Positions 39,627 through 51,755 of a DNA stretch of 64,000 nt are shown here, piece after piece. Under the pieces are notes generated by a model, which did not search any database, had not been told where the DNA came from, and saw only the letters and a program-made list of their open reading frames with translations. Within the stretch, counting starts at the first letter, position 1. Each line of letters opens with the position of its first letter. Made by a program: the position numbers and the translations under genes. Source of the stretch: Sphyrna mokarran (taxonomy: Eukaryota); the NCBI GenBank assembly GCA_024679065.1, contig JAGIQG010000030.1, forward strand, positions 10,726,001 to 10,790,000. Direction: 5' to 3'.

Positions 39627-39645
39627 CAGCCACCAGATGGAGCAT
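39627..39645 (+). promoter_or_regulatory. CTCF-like motif (CAGCCACCAGATGGAGCAT)
   Basis: By-eye match to the CTCF core inside a repeat-free block (~39430-39760). Confidence 0.5.
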
Positions 39646-39864
39646 GTCACAACAATTGCTCCGTCATCCTGTGAGGCAAAGTGTATCAGTGATGACTTCT
39701 TCTCCCACTTCTACTTCAGCAAAAACAGAGATTTATCAGATCTTGTTAAATATAATATTCTACGTAGAAGCAAAATCCCACTCAGTCACAAGTGTAGCCT
39801 TTTGGAAATGAGTGTGTCTGATGGGATCCCTCTGGATTTTCACAGCTCCAGAACTGAACTATCT

Positions 39865-40045
39865 TAGAATCATAGAGTGCAGAAGAGGCCCTTTGGCCCA
39901 TCGAGTCTGCACCAGCACATGAGAAATACCTGACTTCCCATATAACTCCATTTACCAACATGTTACGACGTGTCAAGGGCTCATCCAGGTGCTTTTTAAA
40001 GGATGTGAGGCAACTCGCCTCTATCCCCCTCCCAGGCAGCACATT
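39865..40045 (-). mobile_element. CR1 3' end fragment
   Basis: Minus-strand NVLPGRGIEASCLTSFKKHLD and tail CTCTATGATTCT. Confidence 0.8.
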
Positions 40046-41177
40046 CCGGATCATCAATTTTTTTTTCTCACATCCTCCCCTAAACCTCCTGCCCCTCACC
40101 TTGAATCTAATAGAATGCTGAGTTCCGGTTTTTTGATTTTGTAGATTTTTTCCTGCTGTTTCAAAGTGTCTGTTTGTTTAGCTCACACTCAGTTAGACTG
40201 TTAACGTTTGCCTTCTTTAAAAAGTGTTTTTGGGGTCCCTTAGATAGAGAAAAAAAACAGGCAGATTGAGACAATGAAACAGACAAATACAGATAAAAAG
40301 AGAGAGAGAGAGGTAGAAACTCACGCTTAGAGACACAAGCAGAAACATATAGACAGCAAGAAAATAGACAACACAATTATACACAGCGCGTGTATGAGAG
40401 AGAATAAGAGAGAGAGAAGAACATCAACATCCTGTTCCTCTTTGGCCTGTGTTCCAACTCAGAATCAATCTGTTTGCTGAAATACCCCAGCTGGCACAAG
40501 GAAGTTGACCTTCCACCCTTGGGACCTGGGTTTCAATGTAGTCCACACAGATGCGATAAAAGTCTCCATTCACTGATTGCTTTGAGGGGTCTTGGGTGAA
40601 ATGAGCTTGGGGATATTGCAATCTAGGTCCAGGTGACACTATATAACAAGGCAAATAAAAAACTCGCCCTCCCTTTTCACAACTTCGACCTATAAAAAGA
40701 AAAATGGCTAAAACATTATTTTTTATATTGAAGAAAATGATACCATGTCCAAACATTAAGCTGCTCCAAGTGCCTTTCTCTCAGGGCCATGGGTGTTTCA
40801 GATTCATGGGATATTGTTTATTCTTCCTGTGGAATATCTACTTCGGAGCCAATATTTAAATTCCTATTGCAATGTGGCAAATGAAGAATATCTTTTACTG
40901 TACTTGGGTTTTATTGAATGATGCCTGTTATTTGTGATGGAGACATAAGGTACGCTAAGGAAATATTGTCCGCTGCTTAAAGATTTTCCCAGGCCAATGC
41001 AGTATTGAACATATAAACCAGAAGATTCCATATTCTTGCTCTCTTACAGGGAGGCGAGAGGGGTTGATCGCAGCAACAATAAAATTGCTGTGACTGGCTT
41101 TAGCATTCCTAGATCAGGAGAGAAAATTAAATGTCGCAAATATAAGATAGTCATTGATCCAATAAACACAACAATCA

Positions 41178-41545
41178 GGACTGATATTCCAGTGTAGTCA
41201 GTACTGAGGGAGCTCTGCACTGTCAGAAGTGGAGACTTTGTTGACTCACTAAACCAAGACCACAAATATAAACAAATTCCATGGCATTATTTTAAAAAAG
41301 AACTGGGAGATATCCCCAGTGTCTTGACCAATATTTATCTCTCAACACAAGCAACACAACAAAAATAGTTTATCCTGTCATTGTCAAATTTCTTTGTATA
41401 GGAGCTTGCTGTGAACTACTTGGCTGTTGCGATTCCTACAGCACAACTGTGACTACACTTCAAGAAGTAATTCATTGACTGTAAAGCACTTTCAGGTGTA
41501 CGGCGATTGTGAAAAGGGTTATATAAAATGCAACTACTTTTCCTT
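41178..41545 (+). mobile_element. DeuSINE (SacSINE1/AmnSINE1-like); other copies ~8030-8180, 16020-16340(-), 24900-25150, 39070-39275(-)
   Basis: Deu-domain-like CAGTACTGAGGGAGCTCTGCACTGTCAGAAGTG...CCATGGCATTATTTT...GTGTCTTGACCAATATTTATC, with an L2-type tail AAAGCACTTT...TATATAAAATGCAA. Family name is from memory. Confidence 0.72.
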
Positions 41546-41759
41546 TTTAAGAAATCCATGAGTAATATTTTTTGTAGAGAGTGATGAGCATCTGCAACTT
41601 GTAATCGCGAGGAATGTCTGAGGTAAATGGCATTAATACAACAGCAGCATAATGCATTTATACACTAGCTTTAAAATAGTACAGACAGTAGAGAAACAAA
41701 TTTTGACACCAATCATTTCTCAAGGGACAGCACATACTGTGGTACTGGAGTTACTTGTA

Positions 41760-43607
41760 AGATTTTGATTTGATTTGATTTATTATTGTCAGATGTGTAC
41801 AGTGAAATGTTATTGTTTTTTGCACGCTATACAGACAAAGCATACTGTTCATAGGGAAGGAAATGAGAACGTGTAGAATGTAGCATTAGAATCATAGCTA
41901 GGGTTTAGAGAAAGATCAAGTTAATGCAAGGTAGGTCCATTCAAAAGCCTGAGAGCAGCAGGAAAGAAGCTGTTCTTGACTCAGTTGGTTTGTGAGCTCA
42001 GAATTTTGTAACTTTTTCCTCATGGAAGAAGGTGGAAAACAGTATACCCAGGGTGCGCAAAGTCCTTAATTATGCTGGCTGCTTTGCCGAGGCAGCAGGA
42101 AGTGTAGACAGAGTCAATAGATGGGAGGATGGTTTGCATGATGTATTGGGTGCATTCGTGACCTTTTGTAGTTTCTTATTATCTTTAGGCAGAGCAGGAG
42201 CCATACAATAGAACCATTGAACATTACAGCTCAGAAACAGGCCCTTTGGCCCTTCCTGGCTGTGCTGAACCATTTTTCTGCCTAGTCTCATTGACCTGCA
42301 CTTGGACCATATCCCCCTCATCCATGTACCTGTCTAAGTTTTTTTTAAATGTTAAAAGTGAGCCCACATTTACCATTTCATCTGGCAGCTCATTCCACAC
42401 TCCCACCACTCTCTGTGTGAAGAAGCACCCCCCTATATTTCCTTTAAACATTTCCCCCTTCACCCTTAACACATGTCCTCTCGTTTTTTTTTCTCCCCTA
42501 GCCTCAGTGGAAAAAACGTGTTGCATTCATTCTATCTATACCCATCATAATTTTATACACCTCTATCAAATCCCCCCTCATTCTTCTACACTCCAGGGAA
42601 TAAATCTATTCAATGTTTCTCTGTAACTGAATTTCTCAAGTCCCATCCTTGTAAACCTTCTTTGCAGTCTTTCAACCTTATTAATATCCTTCCTGTAATT
42701 AGGTGACCAAAACTGCACACAATACTCTAAATTCGGTGTCACCGATGTCTTATACAACCTCACCATAACATTCAACTCTTACACTCAATATTTGATTTAT
42801 AAAGGCCAATGTGCCAAAAGCATTCTTTATGACCCTGTCTACCTGTGACATGACTTTTAGAGAATTATTTATCTGTATTCCCAGATATTTTCTTGGGAGC
42901 GTAGAAGGCTGAGGGATGATATTATAGAGGACTATAAAATAATGAAGGGCATAAATCAGCTAGATTGTCAATATCTTTTCCCACTCTTCAGTATTCTACC
43001 ATTTACTTTGTATGTTCTACCTCTGTTTGTCCTTCCAAAGTGCAATACTTCATACCTGTCTGCATTAAACTTCATCTGCTATCTTTTTAGCTGGTCCAAA
43101 ACCTTCTGCAAGCTTTGAAAACCCTCCTGACTGTACACTATATCTCCAATCTTTGCATCATCAGCAATTTACCACATTATCATCCAGCTCATTGATATAG
43201 ATGACAAACAATAATGGACCCAGCACTGATCCCTGTGGCACACAACTAGTCACAGGCCTCCACTCAGAGAAGCAATCCTCCACTACCATTCTCTGGTTTC
43301 TTCCATTGAGGCAATTTTTAATCCAATTTACTATCTTTCCATGTATACCTAGCAACTGAACCTTCCTAACTAACCTCCCATGCGAGACCTTGTCAAACAT
43401 TGGATACCCAGGTATGATAAACCAGAAAGCATGCTTTCTATGGTGCATTTGTAAAAGTTGGTGAGAGTTATCGCTGACAGGCCAAATTTCCTTTATCTTC
43501 TGAGAAAGTAGAGGCATTGTTGGGCTTTTTTAACTATAGTGTCTGCATGGAAAGGAATAGGATAGGTTGTTGGTAATCTGGACACCTAAAAACTTAAATT
43601 CTCAACC
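41760..43607 (-). mobile_element. Rex1/Babar LINE 3' fragment (41760-42208, 43400-43607) split by a CR1 insertion (42210-43398, minus)
   Basis: (AAATC)n tail at 41760-41785 and similarity to 15000-15610. The CR1 part has [41 protein letters not shown] and FFTQRVVGVWNELP. Confidence 0.87.
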
Positions 43608-43889
43608 TAGAGCTAGAATAGATTTAGATAATATGAGAGTGAAGCTATACAATTCACAATTACTGCATTTATTCTATTCAGTTGTTACATTGGGAGCATC
43701 AACACCCAACAGTGGCTCAGGAAGGCAGCTCACCATCATTTCCCAAAGGGCAAATAGGAATGGGCAATTAATGCTAGCCTTATTAGAAATGGATCCCATG
43801 AATGAGTTTTTAAAAAAACTCCTCATTGTTGATAGCACACTATTATGTTAATTGCTATGAAGTTTATTAGACTAACATACTCTCTCACT

Positions 43890-44110
43890 AAAATAAAAAT
43901 AAAATACCAAGGAAGCTGGAAATCTGAAATAAAAAGTGAAAACACAGAAAAATTCAGTAGGTGTGGCAGCACCTGTGAAGAAAGAGACAGAGTTAATGTT
44001 TCAAGTCTGTAAGACTTCTTTAGAGCCTCACAGAAGTGTACAAAAATATTATGTTGTTTCTCCACATCTCTCCACATGGATACCGCCAGACCTGCTGAGT
44101 CTTTTCACTT
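43890..44110. mobile_element. Palindromic Penelope-like terminal-repeat remnant (related pieces at 45930-46000 and 48921-49050)
   Basis: TCAGTAGGTGTGGCAGCACCTGTG ... TCTCCACATGGATACCGCCAGACCTGCTGAGT form imperfect inverted arms. Family assignment is from memory of shark repeats. Confidence 0.5.
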
Positions 44111-44549
44111 CCTCCTTCACTTCCGAGCGACCAGCCCATGATATTAGCCAGTTGCAGAAAATTTAATAAATGCACATGAAATGCCTGTCAATGAAGGGCA
44201 TTTTTTTAACACCTTTATTAAAAATAGGTTAACTACTAAAGTGGCAGACAGAAGATATTCAGAGAAATTGATTAGTACCCACATTGTCAAGGGCAAACTG
44301 GGGCAGGCAGTAAGTTCTGCCCCTGCCAACAATGCCCACATCTCATCAATGAATTTTTTAAAAAGCACCCATGATTACCTACAGTTTCATTACAGTTCAT
44401 AATTATCATTTTCCGTGTTAATTACTTTCATCTCATTTCATGATAACATTACAACTGAGTAACAATGGGGGAGATTTGCAGTTTGCAATTTCTGCATCAC
44501 TGTACTTTGTATAAATATTCATGTCTAACTTATTATTTCAATGTTTTAC

Positions 44550-45022
44550 TAGTATGCTATCAGGACTTGATGGTTTGAGTTATAAGGAGAGGCTGGATAG
44601 ACTGGGACTTTTTTCTTTGGAGCATAGAAGGCTAAGGGGTGATCTTATAGGGGTCTATAAAATAATGAAGGGCATAAATCAGCTAGACTGTCAATATCTT
44701 TTCCCAAAAGTAGGGGAGTCTAAAACTAGAGGGCATAGGTTTAAGGTGAGAGGGGAGAGATGCAAAAGTGTCCAGAAGGGCAATTTTTTCACACAGAGGG
44801 TAGTGAGTGTCTGGAACAAGCTGCCAGAGGTAGTAGTAGAGACAGGTACAATTTTGTCTTTTAAAAACCATTTAGACAGTTATATAGGGAAGATGGGTAT
44901 AATGGGATATGGGCCAAGTGTAGGCAATTGGAGTTAGCTTAGGGGTTTAAAAAAAAGGGCAGCATGGACAAGTTGGGCCAAAGAGCCTGTTTCCATGCTG
45001 TAAACCTTTATGACTTTATGAC
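44550..45022 (+). mobile_element. CR1 LINE 3' end with open ORF2 C-terminus
   Basis: LSYKERLDRLGLFSLEHRRLRGDLIGVYKIMKG...TRGHRFKV...FFTQRVVSVWNKLP; (TTTATGAC)n tail. Confidence 0.92.
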
Positions 45023-45773
45023 TACATACAGAGGAATTGTTGAGGAACACTGAGATATCTGGGCATTGCTAGCAATAATTGTCCATTGCTTGTTGCCCTC
45101 AGAAGTGATGGTGACTCTTCCTAAACCAATTTTGAGTGGTTTAATTGGCCATTTAAGAAATTAATTACATTGGATATATGACAGAGTAACAGACCATTCA
45201 GCCCATGTCAACATCTATGACCCACTGGTATATCCTGCCATCTTTTCTCATCTGAATCTCTTTTTGCAATCCAGTCAATTCCCTTCTCCTTCATTTCTTG
45301 TATAGTTTCTCCCTAAATGTATCTATCCTACTCATGTTAACCACTCCCTGAGGTAGCGGTGTTCCACATTCTCACCACTCTTTGGGTAAAGATGTTTCAT
45401 CTGAATTCCCCATTGATTTTCTTGGTGGCCATTTATATTGACAGTCTTTGTTCTTCTCCACTACCCAATCAAAACATTATATATTATTAAACATCTCTAT
45501 CAAGTCACCTCCCAGCTTCCTTTTCTCAAGAGAAATGAGAGTAAGCTATGACTCTATGACTCTACATACAGAGGAATTGTTGAGGAACACTGAGATATCT
45601 GGGCATTGCTAGCAATAATTGTCCATTGCTTGTTGCCCTCAGAAGTGATGGTGACTCTTCCTGAACCAATTTTGAGTAGTTTGATTGGCCATTTAAGAAA
45701 TTAATTACACTGGATATATGACAGAGTAACAGACCATTCAGCCCATGTCAACATCTGGTATATCCTGCCATCT
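45009..45773 (+). repeat. ~230-bp near-identical direct repeat (45009-45243 and 45547-45773)
   Basis: Direct comparison: 4 transitions in the body, a 10-bp deletion in copy 2, and small differences in the tail repeat. Confidence 0.96.
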
Positions 45774-45999
45774 GTCGATCATTTCCTGAGATGTACTCAT
45801 GCATTTCTTGTATCATTCCTACAAACGTTCTCCATACCTTAACTAGAGCCTCTATATCCCCTCTATAATATAGTGACCAGAGCTGAAGCCTAATCAAGCT
45901 TCATACACAGGTTCAGCATCAATTCAATACCAAAATAAAAAAAATCTGGAAATGCTCAGGCCAGGCAACACTTGTGGAGAGAAACACAGTTAATGTTTT

Positions 46000-46938
46000 T
46001 TAAGTTTATTTATTAGTGTTACAAATTGGCTTACATTAACATGAAGTTACTGTGAAAATCCAATAGTTGCCACTCTCTGGCGCCTGTTTGGATACACTGA
46101 GGAAGCTGCTAATGCACCCAGCCAGCATGTCTTTCAGACTGTGGACAGAAACCAGAGAACCTGAAGGAAACCCACACAGACAAGAGGAGATTGTGCAGAC
46201 TCTGCATAAGCAATAACCCAAGCCAGGAATCAAACCCAAGTCCCTGGCACAATGAGGCAGCAGTACTAACCACTGTGCCACTCTCGATTAGAGGTCGAGA
46301 TCACCTGCAATATAATTTCCCTACTTTTCAATTCCAACTCTCTAGAAATTAAACCTCGAACCTGGTTTACTTTTTTTTGAAATGGCCAATTAAGGATGGC
46401 CACATTGTTATGGGGATCGGGGTCACAGATAGGCCAGATTGAGTCAATAATGACAGATTCCTGCTCTGAAAGGATATCAGTGAATTGGATAGGTTGCTTG
46501 GATAGTCAATTCCTTTGTCACTCTCCCCAATACCAGATTTTACCTTGAGATTTATTGGCAGTTTCCCTATCACCATTCCTTCACTGTCACTGGATCAAAA
46601 TCCTGCAACTCCCTCTCTAAAAGCACTATGTTCATAGAATCCCTACAGAACAGAAGGAGGCCATTTGGCCCATTGAGTATGTACCAACCCCATCCCACCC
46701 AGACCCTAATCCCCTAACTCCATACATTTACCCTGCTAATCCCCCTGACACTAGGGTCAATTTATTATGGCTAATCAACCTAACCCGCACATCATTGAAC
46801 AAGTGGGAGGAAAGCAGAGCACCAGGAGGAAACCCACACAGACATGGGGAGAATGTGCAGTCTCCACACAGACAGTAACCCGAGGCTGGAATTGAACCTC
46901 TGTGAATGTGAGGCAGCAGTGCTAACTACTGTGCCAAC
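46000..46938 (-). mobile_element. Two HE1-like SINEs (46000-46281 tail B; 46633-46938 tail A)
   Basis: Standard motifs. The second copy splits a LINE 3' fragment (46570-46630 and 46940-47070). Confidence 0.85.
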
Positions 46939-48329
46939 ATGGGTTGTACCTACATCTCAGGGACTGCAGCAGTTCAAGAAGGTAACTCACCATCCCCTTA
47001 AGGGCAATTAGAGATGGGCAGTAAAAATGCTGACCTTGTCAGTGACACCCACATCCCATGAGTGAATTTTAAAATAAATAGCAATGAACTGCCAAGGTGC
47101 AATCCCTGGTCCAGTAACATAACCGCTAGACAGCCCATTAATGAAAGCTCACTTTGGTACATAGTCGTTTCCCTCCGTGTCTAGCTATTATGTAGATATC
47201 AGTTTGAGATCAGTGCTTTACTGAGAGCGATGTGGCCATCAGACTTCAGTTACACATTGGCACATTTCCCCAGTGCTGCCTGTTATCGAGTCCTGGAAAC
47301 ACACAGCTCGCCAAAGCGTTCAGAGGGTGGCGACAAAGCGCCACGGATCCCTGTGTCAAACACTTGCTCCAGGTTCCGTAAGGTCAATTTGCTGTCAGAT
47401 TACGGGGTGACAGGAGGCTGTTTGATGCACTGATCCAATTCCATTTAAAACAAAAAAAACCGTAAAGACACTGGGGAATAGAGGAATTGACCCATTCGCC
47501 TTGTGCCCTGACTCCACTATCCCGAAATGTTGCAAGTACTCAACATCTTTGGGGACAAAATTGACATTTCAGACCACTTTATTCCAATGAAACTCCCCCC
47601 AGCTAACACACACACACACACACACATTCGCTGTTCCTAAACAAGAAAGGAGAAGGTCGACAGGACATCTCCTGGAAAAATGCGCACGGTGTGAACCCCT
47701 GGAAGTTCCAGCCCAGAGGCAGACAATCTTTACTTGACCAGTGCTGCTCTGGTTTCCAACAATCAATCCAATATTAACAGAAACGGAAAATAAAGGTCTA
47801 ACCCTGGTGAAGAAGTTCGCCGGCAATCCAAATTTCTCTCCATGCCGCTGGAATGCGAGTTTGGTGCTTTCCCGGGTTCTGTCAGAGTTCCCTGATTCCA
47901 CCAAAACATTCGCCAAAGTCTGGGGCAGATTTGCACGAATTTCTTCTGTCTGCTCGTCCAACAGTGGGGATCAATAAGAAAAGGGTTTTGCGAGAGATTT
48001 ATGTCAGCCTGCCCCGCAGACTGGAGTTATACTGTCCCTCCATTCGGATGTGTTATTTTTCAATGAGAAAAAGCTGTTTTCTTTTGGGAGGGAAGATGAA
48101 TCCATCATTGTCCTGGTCCACATTGGGGCGAATGGGAACAAAGGTTATGGGGAGAAAGCAGGATTAGGCTATTGAGTTGGAAGGTCTGCCCTGATGGTAA
48201 TGAATGGAGGAGCAGGGTTTGGAGGGCTGAATGCATCATCCTGATCCTCATTTCTATGTGAAGAATGACTTCTGCATTCAGATAGCACCATTCTGGCCTC
48301 AGGACATCCTGTTACATTCTATAGTCAGT

Positions 48330-48670
48330 TAGACAGGGCACCAGTGCGATCACATCTGCAATACTGTGTACAGTATTGCTTGCCTTTTTAAGGGAGGATG
48401 TAAGTGTGTTGGAAGTAGTTCAGAGAAGATTTACCAGAGTAATACCTGGAATGGGAGTGTTGTCTTATGAGGAAAGGTTAGGCAGACTAGGCTTGAATCC
48501 ACTGGAGTTTAAGAGAATAAGAAGCAATTTGATTGAGACATATAAAACCCTGAGTATTGACAGGGTGCATGTGGAGAGAATGTTTCCTCTTGTGGGAGAA
48601 TCCAGAACTAGGGGCTGCTGTTTAGAGATAAGGGGTCTCCAATTTAAAACAGAGAAATGTTTTTACTTGG
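48330..48670 (+). mobile_element. CR1 fragment
   Basis: LEVVQRRFTRVIPGMGVLSYEERLGRLGLNPLEFKRIRSNLIETYK. Confidence 0.87.
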
Positions 48671-50162
48671 GGAGGCAGTGGAATAATAGCATTGTTATTG
48701 GAATAGAAATCCACAGACCCAAAGTAATACTCTGGGAATTCAAGTTTGAATCCCACCACAAAGATGAAATTTGATTTCAATAAAAAAAATCTGGAATTAA
48801 AAGTCTAATGATGACCATGCACCCATTACTGTTGTGGTAAAAACCCACCTGGTTCAATAATGCCCTTTAGAGAAGGAAATCTGCTGTCCTTACCCAGTCT
48901 GGCCTATATGTGACTCCAGAGGTGACAAAGGGTCATTTAGACTGGAAACATGGGCTCTATTCTCTGTCCCCACAGATGCTGTCAGACCTGCTGAGATTTT
49001 CCAGCACTTCCTGTTTTTGTTTTTGATTCCAGAACCCAACATATTTTGCGCTTATCACAACTGGATAATGTTTGACTGTTAACCAAACAGCCTCCTCTCC
49101 ACCTCACTGCCCCACACCATTCCTCAATAATTTGTAATTGGCCCAGGGAAATGTCCAAAGAAAATGACCAGATAAAAATATTTTTTGATGTCCAGGTTTG
49201 CACAAATAGCAGTGTTCTGGAGTTTGATCTTCAATTCCTGGAAACTCCAGACCAATCCTAGAGAGTTGGCAATCCCCATGCCTTACTATTGCCACTGCTG
49301 GTAACATTTTCACAGCTCAGTGCAGATCACTAACTGGGCCATTCATTTACTATGCAGTGTTGGATGAAAATCAATATGGAGGCATGGGTATGATTCATGC
49401 CAGGTCAGGAGCCTGACTCTCAAGAGCACTGAAGTCAAGTTTCCTGCACTAGGTGCAATATAACTCCAGCCCAATGAGGACCCAATCAGTTAGAATGGAA
49501 TGTGACCATCCTAATGATTATTTTTTGCTGTTTTCAATCTTCTCCCATCCTCTCATGCTTTCCCAAAAGTTTGAAACTAAGCCAAAGTTTTGGGAAAGGT
49601 GGTCACAACTCTGTCAAAGAAGTAGGATTTCTTTAAAAAGAAGAGATATATTGAAAGATTTAGGAAGAGGATCCAAAGATTAAGACCTAGATGGCTGAAG
49701 GTCTGTGGGAGGAAGGAAATAAGGAACATACATCATACACATCAAATCTCCACAAGGATACTAAAGGCACTGGTACATGTAAATGTTTTCATTTGGCAAA
49801 CATTTCTCAGTTGTTTATAAATGTATAGTGAAGGCTTGTGTCACTTTTCTTCAACTCCTCATGGTGACAAAATCCTTGTGATGTTTGATTTTCCTGTCTC
49901 AACAAACTTGCAACATATTATTTCATGAAGATTGTGCCCAACTTAATGCCAAAAAAGACATCTAACTCTTTAGTTTAAATTTCCCAAATCCTTATTAATT
50001 GTATATCATTCATAGAGGCCACAAAAGTGAATACAAGCAGTGGCGGCTAGCCAGTCCACCCAGCTCACCCCGACATGGAAGCCAACAACCCACTCAAACC
50101 CAACATAGCAGCTATCACCCTATTGAGTAATTGCCTCAATTATTGTAGCTGATTGTCCTTTC

Positions 50163-50438
50163 CAGGTGAGAGAGGAGAGATACAAAAATGTCCAGAGGGG
50201 CAATTTTTTTCACACAGAGGGTGATGAGTGTCTAGAATGAGCTGCCAGAAGTAGTAGTAGAAGTGGGTACAATTTTGTCTTTTGAAAAGCATTTAGACAG
50301 TTACATGGGTAAGATGGGCAAAGAGGGATACGGGTCAAATGCGGACAATTGGGACTAGCTTAGGGATTTTTTAAAAAAGGGCAGAATGGACACATTGGGC
50401 CATAGTGCCTGTATCCATGCTGTAAACTTCTGATTCTA
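50163..50438 (+). mobile_element. CR1 3' end fragment
   Basis: Closely similar to 44745-45005. Confidence 0.85.
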
Positions 50439-50964
50439 AGTATAATATTAACCCTCATGTGTGAGATATATCCTGCCATCAGTTGCAGCTGTTGACTACA
50501 TTTATCTTTGTTTTCCCCATTTATTGATTAAAATAATCTCACTACCTAAGGTTCTTACTTAGTTTGCACAGGCAATGCTGTCTATACAGTAGCATTCACC
50601 TATATAACTGCCCTGTGTAACTCACAGCGTGAGACACATTAAGTGGCTACAATGCACTGACACACTTATAAATGTAAATAATTATTTCATCATTTTCTGC
50701 TGCTTATGCCTGGTATTAAACTATGAATTCCACCAGGCTGTGTTGATTTGGTTGATATTAGTTGAGGGAGCAGTTCAGGAGTGCACAGCTGTCTTCAGTG
50801 CTCTAAGCTGATTCAGCAAAGCCATTAATCAGGGATTCAGCCCTATCACCCTGCTGGAAAGACTGTGTATGTGGGGAAGTTGTTTGAGCTCTTTCCTGGT
50901 GCTGCCCAGAGTGAAATAGCCCGAAGACAAGGTATCAGGAGCTATAGTCATTTATGAAACTAAC

Positions 50965-51350
50965 AACAACAGTTTCCATGTATTTGGTACCCTTAACATA
51001 GCAAACCATTCTAAATAGTTTGAGGCGTGCTATCAAATAAAATTTGACATCGAGCCACATAAAGAGATATCAGTGCACAAAAGCTTGGTCACAGAAAGTG
51101 AGTTTTAAGGATTGGCTTAATGAAGGTGAGACAGGAAGCAAAGCAGAGAGTTTTAGGAAGGGAATTCCAGAGCTTAGGGCCTTGGCAGCTGAATGCATGG
51201 CTGCCCATGTTGGAATGATTAAAACCAGTAATGAGCAATTGGCCAGAGTGTAGCAATCGCAAAGTGTTGTGGAATGGGAGGAGATTACAGGGATGGGGAT
51301 AGGTGACGATGGCTGGAATTTGAAAATAATTTGAAAATTTTAAAATTGAG
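50965..51350 (-). mobile_element. Old L2-like LINE 3' fragment
   Basis: AAAAGCTTGGTCACAGAAAGTGAGTTTTAAGGA...GGGAATTCCAGAGCTTAGGGCC; on the minus strand LWNSLP...LKTHFL-like. Confidence 0.6.
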
Positions 51351-51449
51351 GCAATTAAGAATCCATGTAATACAAGGAGCGCAGGCTGGTGGGTGATTGG
51401 GCCATGGAGTGAAAGACACAGGAATTTGACCTCAAGGTTTTGGTGGATA

Positions 51450-51755
51450 GAATCATCATAGAATCATAGGATTCTAACAGTGCAGAAGGAGGCCATTCAG
51501 CCCATCGAGCCTGCACTGACAACAATGCTTGTCCAGACCCTATCTCCAAAACCTCACATATTTATCCCCGATATTAAGGGATTATTAATCATCTAACTTG
51601 GACTGTGGGAGGGAACTGGAGCATCCAGAGGAAACCCCCACAGATACAAGGAGAATGTGCAGACTTTACACAGACAATGACCCAAGGCTGGAATTGAACC
51701 TGAGTCTCTGGCACTGTGAGACAGCAGCGCTAACCACTGTGCCACCATGCTGCCC
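51450..51755 (-). mobile_element. HE1-like SINE, tail A; last full copy before SKOR1
   Basis: Standard motifs. Confidence 0.85.
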
